From Methylocystis sp. (GTDB lineage Bacteria > Pseudomonadota > Alphaproteobacteria > Rhizobiales > Beijerinckiaceae), in assembly GCA_022843525.1 (NCBI GenBank), contig JALHNR010000015.1, positions 1 to 24,283 on the forward strand: DNA of 24,283 nt, written 5' to 3'. The translations under genes and the position numbers were made by a program. Numbering within the stretch: position 1 is the first letter of the stretch; each line of letters opens with the position of its first letter. Below the pieces are notes generated by a model. It did no database searches, had not been told where the DNA came from, and was given only the letters and a program-made list of their open reading frames with translations. Positions 7,103-15,080 of the stretch are shown in pieces.

Positions 7103-9409
7103 GTGGAAAGCGCGCGTAAACTCTGGATCACGCTCATCGCCCTGTTGGTGCTCTCCTTTGCCGTGCTTCTGCTCATCGGCCGGGAAATAAGCGTCAAGGC
7201 GCCGCCTTTGCCCGAGCGCGTCGTTACGGAAACAGGACGCACGGTCTATACCCGTGCTGACATCGAGCGCGGGCGTCAGGTCTGGCAGTCCATCGGCGGC
7301 ATGCAGCTCGGCTCCGTCTGGGGCCATGGCGGCTACGTCGCGCCAGACTGGACCGCCGACTGGCAGCACCGAGAACTCGTCGCCATCCTGGACGCCTGGG
7401 CGCGCCGCGAGTTCGCGGCCGGCCGCTACGCTGATCTCAGCGAGGAGCAGCAGAGTTCTCTGCGGGGACGGCTGCGCCCGATGATGAGGCGAAACACCTT
7501 CGATCCGAAAACTGGGACAATTACTGTTTCTGAGGAGCGCGCTCAGGCGATCGACCTCGTCTCGAGCCACTATGAGAGCCTGTTCGGCGACGATCCGCGC
7601 AGTGCGGAACTTCGCGAGAACTACGCAATGAAGAACGGCACTGTCGACGACGCCGAGCATCGGCGGGCGCTAGGCGCCTTCTTCTGGTGGACCGCGTGGG
7701 CCGCGACCACGGAGCGGCCGGGAAGCCACGTCACCTACACCAACAACTGGCCGAGCGAACCGCTGGTCGACAACCGCCCGCCTGCGACCACCTTCATCTG
7801 GTCTGCGTTCAGCGTGGTATTCCTGCTTGCCGGCATCGGCCTGCTCGGCTGGCACCGCGCCGTCAGTCATGCACACGGCGCCGAGACGTGCGATGTGCCC
7901 GCGCGTGATCCGATGCGCAACGTAAGGGTCACGCCGTCCATGCGCGCGACCGCCAAATATTTTTGGGTGCTTCTTGCCCTGTTTCTCGTCCAGATCCTGT
8001 TCGGCGCCATAAGCGCCCATTACCAGGTCGAGGGGCAGCTGTTTTACGGCTACCCGATGGCGGAGATCCTCCCCTATTCGATCACCCGCACCTGGCACAC
8101 GCAATTGGCCGTGCTGTGGATCGCCACCGCCTGGCTCGGCACTGGGCTCTACATGGCGCCGGCGATTTCCGGGTACGAGCCCAAGTTCCAGGCGCTCGGC
8201 GTCAATGTGCTCTGGATCTGCTTGCTGATCATTGTGGTCGGCGCCTTCGCGGGCCAATGGCTCGCGGTCATGCAACGGCTGGGATTGGAACACAATTTCT
8301 GGTTCGGGCATCAGGGCTGGGAGTATGCCGATATCGGGCGTTTCTGGCAGTGGTTCCTTTTTATCGGCCTGCTGCTGTGGCTCTCCCTCGTCGGCCGCGC
8401 CTTGTGGCCGGCGCTACTGGCAAAAACTGAGTCACGCTCGATCGTCGCTCTTTTCTTCCTCTCGACGGTCGCAATTGGCCTGTTCTACGGCGCGGGGCTG
8501 ATGTGGAACGAGCATACGCATCTGTCGATGGTCGAATATTGGCGGTGGTGGCTGGTTCACTTGTGGGTGGAAGGGTTTTTCGAGGTGTTCGCCACCGCGG
8601 TCGTCGCCTTCCTGTTCACCCGCCTCGGCCTGGTCGCAGTCAAGCCGGCAACTTCGGCGGTGCTGTTCGCGACGATCGTCTTTATGGCCGGCGGCGTGAT
8701 CGGCACGCTCCATCATCTCTATTTCGCCGGCACTCCGATGTCGGTGTTGGCGCTTGGCGCCAGTTTCTCCGCGCTCGAAGTCGTGCCGCTCGCCTATATC
8801 GGCTTCGAGGCCTATGAGCATTGGCGGTTCTGCGGCGCCACGCCCTGGATGCAGCGCTATAAATGGCCCGTGCTGTTCTTCATCGCGGTCTCCTTCTGGA
8901 ATCTGGTGGGAGCCGGTCTGTTCGGTTTCCTGATCAACCCGCCGCTCTCGCTCTATTACATGCAGGGGCTCAACCTGACACCGCTGCACGGCCACACGGC
9001 GCTGTTCGGCGTCTATGGGATGCTCGGCATCGGCCTCGTGTTGTTCTGCCTGCGCGGAATGATGCCCGAACTCGTCTGGAACGAGAAGATCCTCAGCATC
9101 AGCTTCTGGTGCTTCAACGTGGGGCTGGGGATGATGGCGTTGTTCACGCTCCTGCCGCTCGGCACGCTGCAACTCCTTGCCGCGATCAATGAAGGTTATT
9201 GGTACGCCCGCTCTGAGCAGTTCATGCAGCAGCCGATCGTCGATCTTCTGGTATGGATGCGCGTGCCGGGCGACACGGTCTTTTCGATAGGCGCATTGGC
9301 CTTCGCCTGGTTCGTTGTCAGCCTGTGGCTCCGGCCGCGCCGCCAGCCTCATGAAGTGGAGCAGGAGGACAGGGAACTGGAGGCGGGACCGGCGAAGCGT
9401 GCGGCGTGA
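7103..9409 (+). CDS. norB: Quinol-dependent single-subunit nitric oxide reductase (qNor; NorB/NorZ type)
   Basis: The N-terminal extension (KAPPLPERVV, GSVWGHGGYVAPDWTADWQHRE) is fused to a multi-TM haem-copper-oxidase core (WVEGFFEVF, HHLYFAG, LHGHTALFGVYGM). The length of about 770 aa fits qNor, and no norC is adjacent. GTG 7103 follows AGGAGG (7092-7097). The ORF track opens at GTG 7043. Confidence 0.9.
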   Translation: MESARKLWITLIALLVLSFAVLLLIGREISVKAPPLPERVVTETGRTVYTRADIERGRQVWQSIGGMQLGSVWGHGGYVAPDWTADWQHRELVAILDAWARREFAAGRYADLSEEQQSSLRGRLRPMMRRNTFDPKTGTITVSEERAQAIDLVSSHYESLFGDDPRSAELRENYAMKNGTVDDAEHRRALGAFFWWTAWAATTERPGSHVTYTNNWPSEPLVDNRPPATTFIWSAFSVVFLLAGIGLLGWHRAVSHAHGAETCDVPARDPMRNVRVTPSMRATAKYFWVLLALFLVQILFGAISAHYQVEGQLFYGYPMAEILPYSITRTWHTQLAVLWIATAWLGTGLYMAPAISGYEPKFQALGVNVLWICLLIIVVGAFAGQWLAVMQRLGLEHNFWFGHQGWEYADIGRFWQWFLFIGLLLWLSLVGRALWPALLAKTESRSIVALFFLSTVAIGLFYGAGLMWNEHTHLSMVEYWRWWLVHLWVEGFFEVFATAVVAFLFTRLGLVAVKPATSAVLFATIVFMAGGVIGTLHHLYFAGTPMSVLALGASFSALEVVPLAYIGFEAYEHWRFCGATPWMQRYKWPVLFFIAVSFWNLVGAGLFGFLINPPLSLYYMQGLNLTPLHGHTALFGVYGMLGIGLVLFCLRGMMPELVWNEKILSISFWCFNVGLGMMALFTLLPLGTLQLLAAINEGYWYARSEQFMQQPIVDLLVWMRVPGDTVFSIGALAFAWFVVSLWLRPRRQPHEVEQEDRELEAGPAKRAA

Positions 9410-9421
9410 TCCGCCACTTGC

Positions 9422-9820
9422 ATGGAAGCCTATTACTTCGAGATTCGCGCTGTCCACATCGCGGCGGCGCTCGCGAGCGGCGGCTTCTACCTTATGCGCG
9501 CGCTCGCTTTAAACTTGCTCGCCGCGTCATGGCCGCTGTCGATAGTCGCGCGGCTTGCCTCCTACTCGATCGATACCGTGCTCTTTACGGCTGCCCTCAT
9601 GCTGATGGCCGTCACGCGTCAATACCCGTTTGGTGACACTTGGCTGACCATGAAGGTCGTGGTCATGCTGCCGCTCTATATTTTCCTTGGTTACTGGGCG
9701 CTCCGAGCCAAGGCGTTCAAGTTGCGGTTGGCGGCGATGGCCGGCGCGATCGCGGCTTTTCTTTTGATTTATAGCATCGCACGCACGCACAGCCCGCGGG
9801 GCGTGTTTGCGCTTGGGTGA
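9422..9820 (+). CDS. SirB2-like small integral membrane protein
   Basis: 132 aa with four hydrophobic segments. SirB2-like features are IRAVHIAAALASGGFYLMR, SIDTVLF and PFGDTWLTMKVV. It starts 12 nt after the norB stop, so it is probably co-transcribed. Confidence 0.65.
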   Translation: MEAYYFEIRAVHIAAALASGGFYLMRALALNLLAASWPLSIVARLASYSIDTVLFTAALMLMAVTRQYPFGDTWLTMKVVVMLPLYIFLGYWALRAKAFKLRLAAMAGAIAAFLLIYSIARTHSPRGVFALG

Positions 9821-9861
9821 GAAACGTCGTCAGCTTGGTCGGCCTTGCCTCGAACCCGCCT

Positions 9862-11070
9862 TTACGTCGTTGGATGCAAGCGCTTCGTCGTCAACATCCC
9901 GAAATAGAGCAGCACGAAGAGCCCGTACGCCAAGCTCCACATGCCCCCGGCGGCGGCGATCGCAGCAAAGTAATACGCGCCCGTAAAAGGGGCGCCAATG
10001 CGCAGGATGGCCGCAAATGTTATGGCGATGTAGATCGCGGCCGTTCTCTGATCTGCGACGAGCGGGCGCCCGGTGTGGCCGCGCGTTGCACGAGTCATCA
10101 CCGCGAGCGTCATTGTTCCGATGGCGCCGACGGTGAGGGCATGCAGAGGCGCTGCAGAATCCGTGGCCCAGAATAGTTTGTTGCCGCCCATGAGCAGGAA
10201 GCCCAAGGGAACCCAGCCATATCCCAGATGCAGCACGAAGAGCATCGGTTCCGCCCGCGCGCTGACGCCGCGCCAGCGGATAAGACGTAGAAAGAGCGCC
10301 GCCCCGGCGATAATCAGGAGACCCGCCGTAGGCCCCGCGTCAGGGAACGCGGCCCAGGCGATGAGCGCCACAAGCGTCGCCGCCAGCGCGAAACGATCGA
10401 AAGCGCCGAAAGGCGCCGGCTCCACTTCAGCTGGCGAATTCTTCGCGAGCCAGTTGCGGGTGAAGCTCGGCGTGATGCGCCCCCCGATGATGGCGATGAG
10501 CATGACGAGGGTCGCGACGCCGACGCGGGCCCCGATGGCGCCCGTTGCGGCAAGGCCGATCGCTTCGAGATGCGTGAGCAAATTCCCGATAAAGAGAAGC
10601 GCAAGAGCGGCCACCATGGGCAAGTTGCGCCAGTTCCGCCCCGTGGCGATCTCGCGCGCGACAACGAAGATAAAGACCGCCGGGAAAGCGAGGTCGAGCG
10701 CCGCAGAGACGAGCGCAGGCGCACTATTTGAAGTCAGGACGGCGATGCGCCCCAGCAGCCAGAGAGCGACGAGGCCGGCGAGCGGCGCGCCTTGTAAGGG
10801 CAGTCGACCGGTCCAGTTTGGAATGGCCGTCAGCAAGAATCCCGCGACGACGGCGCCGCCAAAACCGAAGGCCATTTCATGCGCGTGCCAGAGAGAGGGC
10901 GCGAAGCGTGTCGGCAGTTCGGCCGCCGCCTCCAGATAGGCGATGGAGAGCGGCAGCCCGACAGCGGCCCAGAGCGCGGCAAAAAGGAAGAAGGGGCGGA
11001 AACCCGCTGAAAGAAAGATCGCCACAGGGTTTTGACTCGCCTGAGCGCGATATCGCGGAATTGGAGGCAT
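9862..11070 (-). CDS. nnrS: NnrS family haem/copper membrane protein (NO-stress associated)
   Basis: 402-aa polytopic membrane ORF. The N-terminus carries GFRPFFLFAALWA, WHAHEMAFGFGGAVVAGFLLTAIPNWTG and GRITPSFTRNW, typical of NnrS. It is convergent with the norB-sirB2 unit. Confidence 0.9.
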   Translation of the reverse strand: MPPIPRYRAQASQNPVAIFLSAGFRPFFLFAALWAAVGLPLSIAYLEAAAELPTRFAPSLWHAHEMAFGFGGAVVAGFLLTAIPNWTGRLPLQGAPLAGLVALWLLGRIAVLTSNSAPALVSAALDLAFPAVFIFVVAREIATGRNWRNLPMVAALALLFIGNLLTHLEAIGLAATGAIGARVGVATLVMLIAIIGGRITPSFTRNWLAKNSPAEVEPAPFGAFDRFALAATLVALIAWAAFPDAGPTAGLLIIAGAALFLRLIRWRGVSARAEPMLFVLHLGYGWVPLGFLLMGGNKLFWATDSAAPLHALTVGAIGTMTLAVMTRATRGHTGRPLVADQRTAAIYIAITFAAILRIGAPFTGAYYFAAIAAAGGMWSLAYGLFVLLYFGMLTTKRLHPTT

Positions 11071-11097
11071 CGTTGACTTCCCCTTTGGAATTGATGA
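10461..11097 (-). repeat. Left copy of a roughly 0.63-kb direct repeat (5' third of nnrS plus about 25 nt of leader)
   Basis: It aligns base-for-base by eye with 18704-19334, with roughly one mismatch per ten bases and one 3-nt indel (EAAAELP versus ETAELP). Confidence 0.85.
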
Positions 11098-11189
11098 TGG
11101 GCTGGCGCTCGGTCACTAACGCACACATCGAGCGCGCAGGTCGCGAGCCTCGCGTTAGAAGCCAGCGGAATGTCACGGAGGGGAGGGGA

Positions 11190-11490
11190 AGATCAATAGG
11201 CCTTCTCTTGCGACACCATTCCTTCTTCTACGCGGATTCCCCGCAGATTGCGAAGGCGTTGCGAGGAAAGCGTCGCGCGCCACCGGCGTGGGTTGCGCTC
11301 GGGGCGTTCCTCGCCCTTGTGACCGCGACGACATGGATATCGACGAGCTCTTCCGCGAACCGCCGCGGGCGGCTGAGCGATAGTGGCCGAATTCGGTAAC
11401 GCGATGGCCAAGCCGAACGCGCGTCACTGCCACTCGTGGTCAAATCGCGGCGCTCCCTGATCAGTGGTGCAGGATCCGTGCAACCTCATG
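11190..11490 (-). pseudogene. Nitrile hydratase accessory/activator-like gene, decayed
   Basis: The ATG (complement of 11488-11490) overlaps the alpha-subunit 3' end. It reads MRLHGSCTTDQGAPRFDHEWQ-TGA-RAFGLAIAL. This resembles the accessory-protein motif (P-x-F-D-E-P-W-Q-x-R-A-F-A-L) but carries an in-frame stop. Downstream similarity is scattered over three frames. Confidence 0.45.
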
Positions 11491-11976
11491 ATGGCGCTCC
11501 GGCCAGCGCGACAAGCATATCGACTCGGTCGTCACGAGCTCCATCAGCTGCGCCTCGGTAAAATCCTCTGTCGCTGCTGGCCTTTCAGGAATTACGAAAC
11601 ACCGCGCCGTCCCGCTGCTGTCCCACACCCTGATCTCCGTTTCCTCGGGCAGTGGACGCCAACCTCGGCGAGCACTTTCCGCGGCTCGCGGGCCGCGCGG
11701 GCGCGAAATACCGGATCGGCAATCCCAGCACCGGCCATGGGAAGCACGAGCAAAGCGAGCAGATGATCAGGTTGTGCACCTCGGGCGCGTTAGCGACGGC
11801 CCGCAGGTGCTCGCCCTCGGCGCCGGCCATTCCCTCGGGCAGGTCGAGTTTGGCAATTGCGGCCGGGGTGTCGGCCAGGAGCCGGGCCAAGAAGCCCGCG
11901 TCGGTCCACGCTCGCACGACGATCTTTCTTGCCGTTGAGCGGACGCGGTCCTGCGGATACTTGAATGGCCGCTCAT
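11461..11976 (-). pseudogene. Nitrile hydratase alpha-subunit-like gene with multiple frameshifts
   Basis: The metal-binding claw motif is IICSLCSCFPWPVLGLP (codons at 11744-11761), preceded by RKIVVRAWTDAGFLARLLADTPAAIAKL. The C-terminal sequence continues in two other frames (DPVFRARAAREPRKVLAEVGVH, then LPEETEIRVWDSSGTARCFVIPERPAATEDFTEAQLMELVTTES). The ATG overlaps the beta stop (ATGA) but is out of frame with the conserved part. Confidence 0.8.
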
Positions 11977-12673
11977 GCAGGTTCCTCCAAGTATATCTCG
12001 AACAGTTCGGCGTAAAGCGTCTGCGCGCCGGGTTCCGCGCGCGGACCCCACAATTCGGTCGGCGTGAACTCGACGATGTAGACGGGCATTGGATCGCCGA
12101 TGCCATCGCCAGTGTGCCAGAAGTAGACACAGTCGCCTTCGAGCACCTGCGCCACCGTGCCGCTCCGCCCCCGCAGATAGCCGGGCAGGCGAGTGTGCGC
12201 GCCAACTGGGACATTTGCGATCCGGACCCGCTGCCCGACGGCGAACTTCGAATGCGCGACGTCGCGCCGCGGGCTGTCGCCGTTACGTAGATATGCGATG
12301 ATCTGCTCGTCGATGGCTTCAGCCCGATCGGATCCCCTGGCCGAGCGCCGTCCGGCCTGGCCGCTTCGCCACGCAGTTAGCTTGTCCGCGAGGCTAATTC
12401 GTCCTCGCGCAGGTATCCTTGTCGACGAGGAATGGGGATGCCGCTGAGCCACTTCTCGTAGTAACGGAATTTGAAGTAGTCGAATGGATCCATCGCCTCG
12501 GCGCCAGCGCGCAGATCCGCCCATGTCCACATGTCGCGGAAGGCGGTCGGCACGTAGGCGATCGCGCAGGCCGGCACGGACGAGTCGAGATGGCCCGAGA
12601 GAGCCATCATCGCCACATAGATGCCGAATATCCGATTTCCCACTGCCTCGGCAGGCTGGTTCAGAAAAAAGGG
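11973..12673 (-). pseudogene. Nitrile hydratase beta-subunit-like gene, 5'-truncated and frameshifted
   Basis: The N-half lies in one frame (12377-12643: DPFDYFKFRYYEKWLSGI). The C-half lies in another (FAVGQRVRIANVPVGAHTRLPGYLRGRSGTVAQV...VYIVEFTPTELWGP...LYAELFEIYLEEPA). An in-frame stop at 12674-12676 removes the usual first roughly 25 residues. No start codon is available for an independent C-half. Confidence 0.75.
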
Positions 12674-12817
12674 TCAATTCGGATCTGGAGCGCTTTTCCG
12701 ACGTTGTCCAAAATAGGCTCAGAGTTGTGGAAGGCAAAGGCCGCAACACGCCGACGGTGGAATCGGAGGATCAGGGACGACGCGCGCGGAAGATGCGGAG
12801 CGGCGGCGAATGAGCGC

Positions 12818-13200
12818 ATGACGCCTAAAGAAGTTGTCGCGCTGGTTCTTCAAGGCGGCGGCGCGCTCGACGCCTATTAGGCGGGCCCGTTCGAGGCGCT
12901 CGCGGCGGGGGATATTGTCCGCAGTGGCTCGCCGGCATTTCGATCGGCGCGATCAACGCCGTGATCATTTGCCGCAATCATCCGGAAAAGCGCGTCGAGC
13001 GCCTGCGCGCCCTTTGGGAACGCGTGATAAGCAGGACGCCCCTTCCCTTCAATCTGGACGGATTCCTCGGTCCCATTTTTGCCAACGCCAGCGCAAATCC
13101 CCTAGCGACGGTTGGCGCGCCCGGTTTTTAGGCTGCGTCTACCGCCTCCGGCCCTCTTATGGCCCTATTCAGCGCCCGGCTATCCCACCTCATATCTTCC
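12818..13200 (+). pseudogene. Patatin-like phospholipase gene remnant
   Basis: It reads MTPKEVVALVLQGGGALDAY-TAG-AGPFEALAAG. It then continues in another frame as PQWLAGISIGAINAVIICRNHPEKRVERLRALWERV (G-x-S-x-G nucleophile elbow) and in a third frame as PVFRLRLPPP. It ends after about 130 codons against the convergent sigma gene. Confidence 0.75.
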
Positions 13201-13261
13201 CTTCCGAATAGTTCCATCAAGCAGACTTATGCGGCTGAGGTACGGGGCTCTCGACCCGCCG

Positions 13262-13987
13262 CTACTCTTCGCTGGCCAGCCCTTCCGCTTTACAGCGTTC
13301 GAGGACACCGGTCACGATGCGGTCGCACCGCGCGCCGGCGAAGGCGAAAACGTCGCTTAAGCCCGCGTCCATCTCCTGGGCAAGGCTTTCGCGCAACAGG
13401 CTGCTAGCTCGGAAGAAGCGCGTACGCACCGTCGCCTCGGGGATCTCCAGCGCCTCGGCGGTTTCTTCGACGCTCATCTCCTCGATCGCGCGCAGCATGA
13501 ACACCGTCCGGAAGGCCTCCGGCAGAAGGTCGATGCGCGCCTCCAAGAGCTTGCGCATCTGAACCCGCATCATCGATTGTTCTGGGCTACGCTCAGGCTC
13601 ATCGTTCAGCGCTGTCTGGGCTTCAGATTCATGGGGCGTCATGGCAGCTTCCAAAGGAATGATCTGGGCACTCTTTCGCCACAAGCGGCCGAGCGCTTCA
13701 TGGGTCGTGATCCGCACAAGCCAGGTATAGAGCTTGCTCTCGGCGCGATAGTTTCCAAGCGCGCGCCACGCCCGCAGATAGGTGTCCTGGACGACATCCT
13801 CCGCCTCCGCATCATTGTGCACGATGCTACGCGCCGTACGGAACAGAAGCTGGTTGTGCCGTCGCATGATGGCTTCGAACGCCACTCCGTCACCGTCAGC
13901 GGCGCGCGAGATCAGCTCTGCCTCCGGCGTGGTTTTCGATAAGCTATTTGCCGCCTGACGCTGAAGTGATTGCATTTGCGCCTCCAT
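13262..13987 (-). CDS. ECF-type sigma-70 family sigma factor with a short Cys-containing C-terminal extension
   Basis: Region 2 is AEDVVQDTYLRAWRALGNYRAESKLYTWLVRITTHEAL. Region 4 is LPEAFRTVFMLRAIEEMSVEETAEALEIPEATVRTRFFRA. A roughly 35-aa tail follows (DVFAFAGARCDRIVTGVLERCKAEG). ATG 13975, behind GGAGG, is an alternative start. Confidence 0.85.
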   Translation of the reverse strand: MEAQMQSLQRQAANSLSKTTPEAELISRAADGDGVAFEAIMRRHNQLLFRTARSIVHNDAEAEDVVQDTYLRAWRALGNYRAESKLYTWLVRITTHEALGRLWRKSAQIIPLEAAMTPHESEAQTALNDEPERSPEQSMMRVQMRKLLEARIDLLPEAFRTVFMLRAIEEMSVEETAEALEIPEATVRTRFFRASSLLRESLAQEMDAGLSDVFAFAGARCDRIVTGVLERCKAEGLASEE

Positions 13988-14195
13988 TCATTGAACAGGT
14001 AGGCTACCGGCGTGCCTTTGCCGGCGCTGCCGCTATAGGGATCGCGCGCGCCGCGTCTTCCGGATCGCGCAGCAATTCCATCATGCCCGCGACCATCGCG
14101 AAAGCGATCAACGCGTCGATGAGTATCACGGCTCCTTTCCGGGCGTACGGGCGATGGCGGGGCGCCGTTCCGTCGTCGCCCTTGGCGTTGTCCGA

Positions 14196-14609
14196 CTAAT
14201 GTTCGAACTTCGTTGGGAAGGCGGCGATCAAACCGTTGGTCAGGGCATCGGCCAGCATCATCATATGAGCCTCCGCCTTTCCATATTCGGCGATGCCGTT
14301 GGCATATTTGCCCTGCAAAAGCCCCGTGGCGTAGACCACAGTTGTGTCGATATGCCCCTTGAGCCTGTCGCGTACCTTGGTTTGCGGCCAGTTCTCGTTC
14401 GCCTTGGCGAGAAAATCGGCAATTTCCTGCGCGTTTGCGTAGGCGGCTGCGACGGACTTGTCGGTGGCCGGCTTGTCGCCGGCCTTGGCGGCTTTCACGA
14501 CCTCGACGGCTGCGCCGATATGCTCCTGAAGCAGCTTGGTGAGCGCGTTACCAGCTGCATCGCCATAGAAGGGCTTGATAGCGTCGCCGATATCGGGCTG
14601 GTTCTGCAT
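14196..14609 (-). CDS. Hypothetical all-alpha protein (conserved-looking, function unknown)
   Basis: 137-aa ORF ([43 protein letters not shown]...) with helical-repeat character. Its ATG shares one base with the stop of the upstream signal-peptide ORF. Confidence 0.6.
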   Translation of the reverse strand: MQNQPDIGDAIKPFYGDAAGNALTKLLQEHIGAAVEVVKAAKAGDKPATDKSVAAAYANAQEIADFLAKANENWPQTKVRDRLKGHIDTTVVYATGLLQGKYANGIAEYGKAEAHMMMLADALTNGLIAAFPTKFEH

Positions 14610-14740
14610 CAGTCGCGCTGCATGTTAACGGAATAGGCGGCGGTCGGGCGGAAAACGGGAGTAGCCATAAGTGCGGCGGCGAAGCCCGCAAGGGCGAGGC
14701 GGCGATTAACGGCCGGGTGGAACATCTGCACGCGTGTCAT
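14609..14740 (-). CDS. 43-codon ORF encoding only a signal-peptide-like sequence (probably the detached 5' end of the 14196-14609 gene)
   Basis: The ATG (complement of 14738-14740) lies 6 nt after AAGGAGA. The peptide is [43 protein letters not shown]. Its stop overlaps the next ATG (TGATG). Confidence 0.35.
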   Translation of the reverse strand: MTRVQMFHPAVNRRLALAGFAAALMATPVFRPTAAYSVNMQRD

Positions 14741-14803
14741 GACGGTTCTCCTTGGTCGATCAGTTTGCGTAGCGGCCGGTGTGATCGACTCGATGCGGCC
14801 CCG

Positions 14804-14856
14804 TACATTCGATGCGACCCTTTCGCGCTGCGTTCCCGTTGCACGAGATTTTTTTG
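14804..14856 (-). promoter_or_regulatory. ECF (RpoE/AlgU-type) promoter-like element, copy A
   Basis: The minus strand reads TGCAACGGGAACGC-N17-TCGAATGTA. GGAAC is the complement of 14832-14836 and TCGAA the complement of 14808-14812. This puts the -10 about 65 nt upstream of ATG 14740. A second copy lies 277 bp away. Confidence 0.5.
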
Positions 14857-14952
14857 GGGGAAAAGAGAAAGCTTCCGAGCAGGTCGAGCGGCAGAGTACG
14901 GTCAACTCTAAAACATCCTGCGACAACACAAGCGCTGGATCGTAAACGGGCT

Positions 14953-14983
14953 GCGGAGGCGCTAAAACTCATAGCGCCTCCGC
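14953..14983 (-). terminator. Perfect 11-bp-stem hairpin between the two promoter-like copies
   Basis: GCGGAGGCGCT [9-nt loop] AGCGCCTCCGC, read directly. On the minus strand it is followed by AGCCCGTTTACG, which is only a weak U-run. Confidence 0.35.
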
Positions 14984-15080
14984 TATCGCACCAGCGTGAA
15001 TTTACGGGGGTTCCCGACGGTACGATATTTCTGTACAGAGCGGTAGCTGCCGCTCAGTTTTTCTCCGCACTCGCGCCCTG

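Noticed and set aside
8432-9457. A 341-aa minus-strand ORF. Similar long ORFs occur at 10073-10939 (+), 17844-18602 (-), 3018-3656 (-), 4551-5240 (-), 6980-7660 (-), 7670-8311 (-) and 14812-15540 (+).
   Set aside because: Each lies entirely antisense to, or out of frame within, a well-supported gene (norB, nnrS, MFS, MCO, the fusion gene, DUF488). Their products are Arg/Glu/Asp/His-rich low-complexity sequence without motifs. These are typical stop-codon-poor artefacts of GC-rich DNA.
14004-14129. A 41-codon minus-strand ORF (ILIDALIAFAMVAGMMELLRDPEDAARAIPIAAAPAKARR) between the 137-aa gene and the sigma gene. It could be a mini membrane anti-sigma.
   Set aside because: The GTG start is only 2 nt from the AGGAG. 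The peptide is tiny and I know of no family signature. I keep it as a note only.
14760-14972. A 70-aa minus-strand ORF spanning promoter-like copy A.
   Set aside because: Its ATG sits in the loop of the 11-bp hairpin, it has no RBS, and its sequence merely translates the repeat element.
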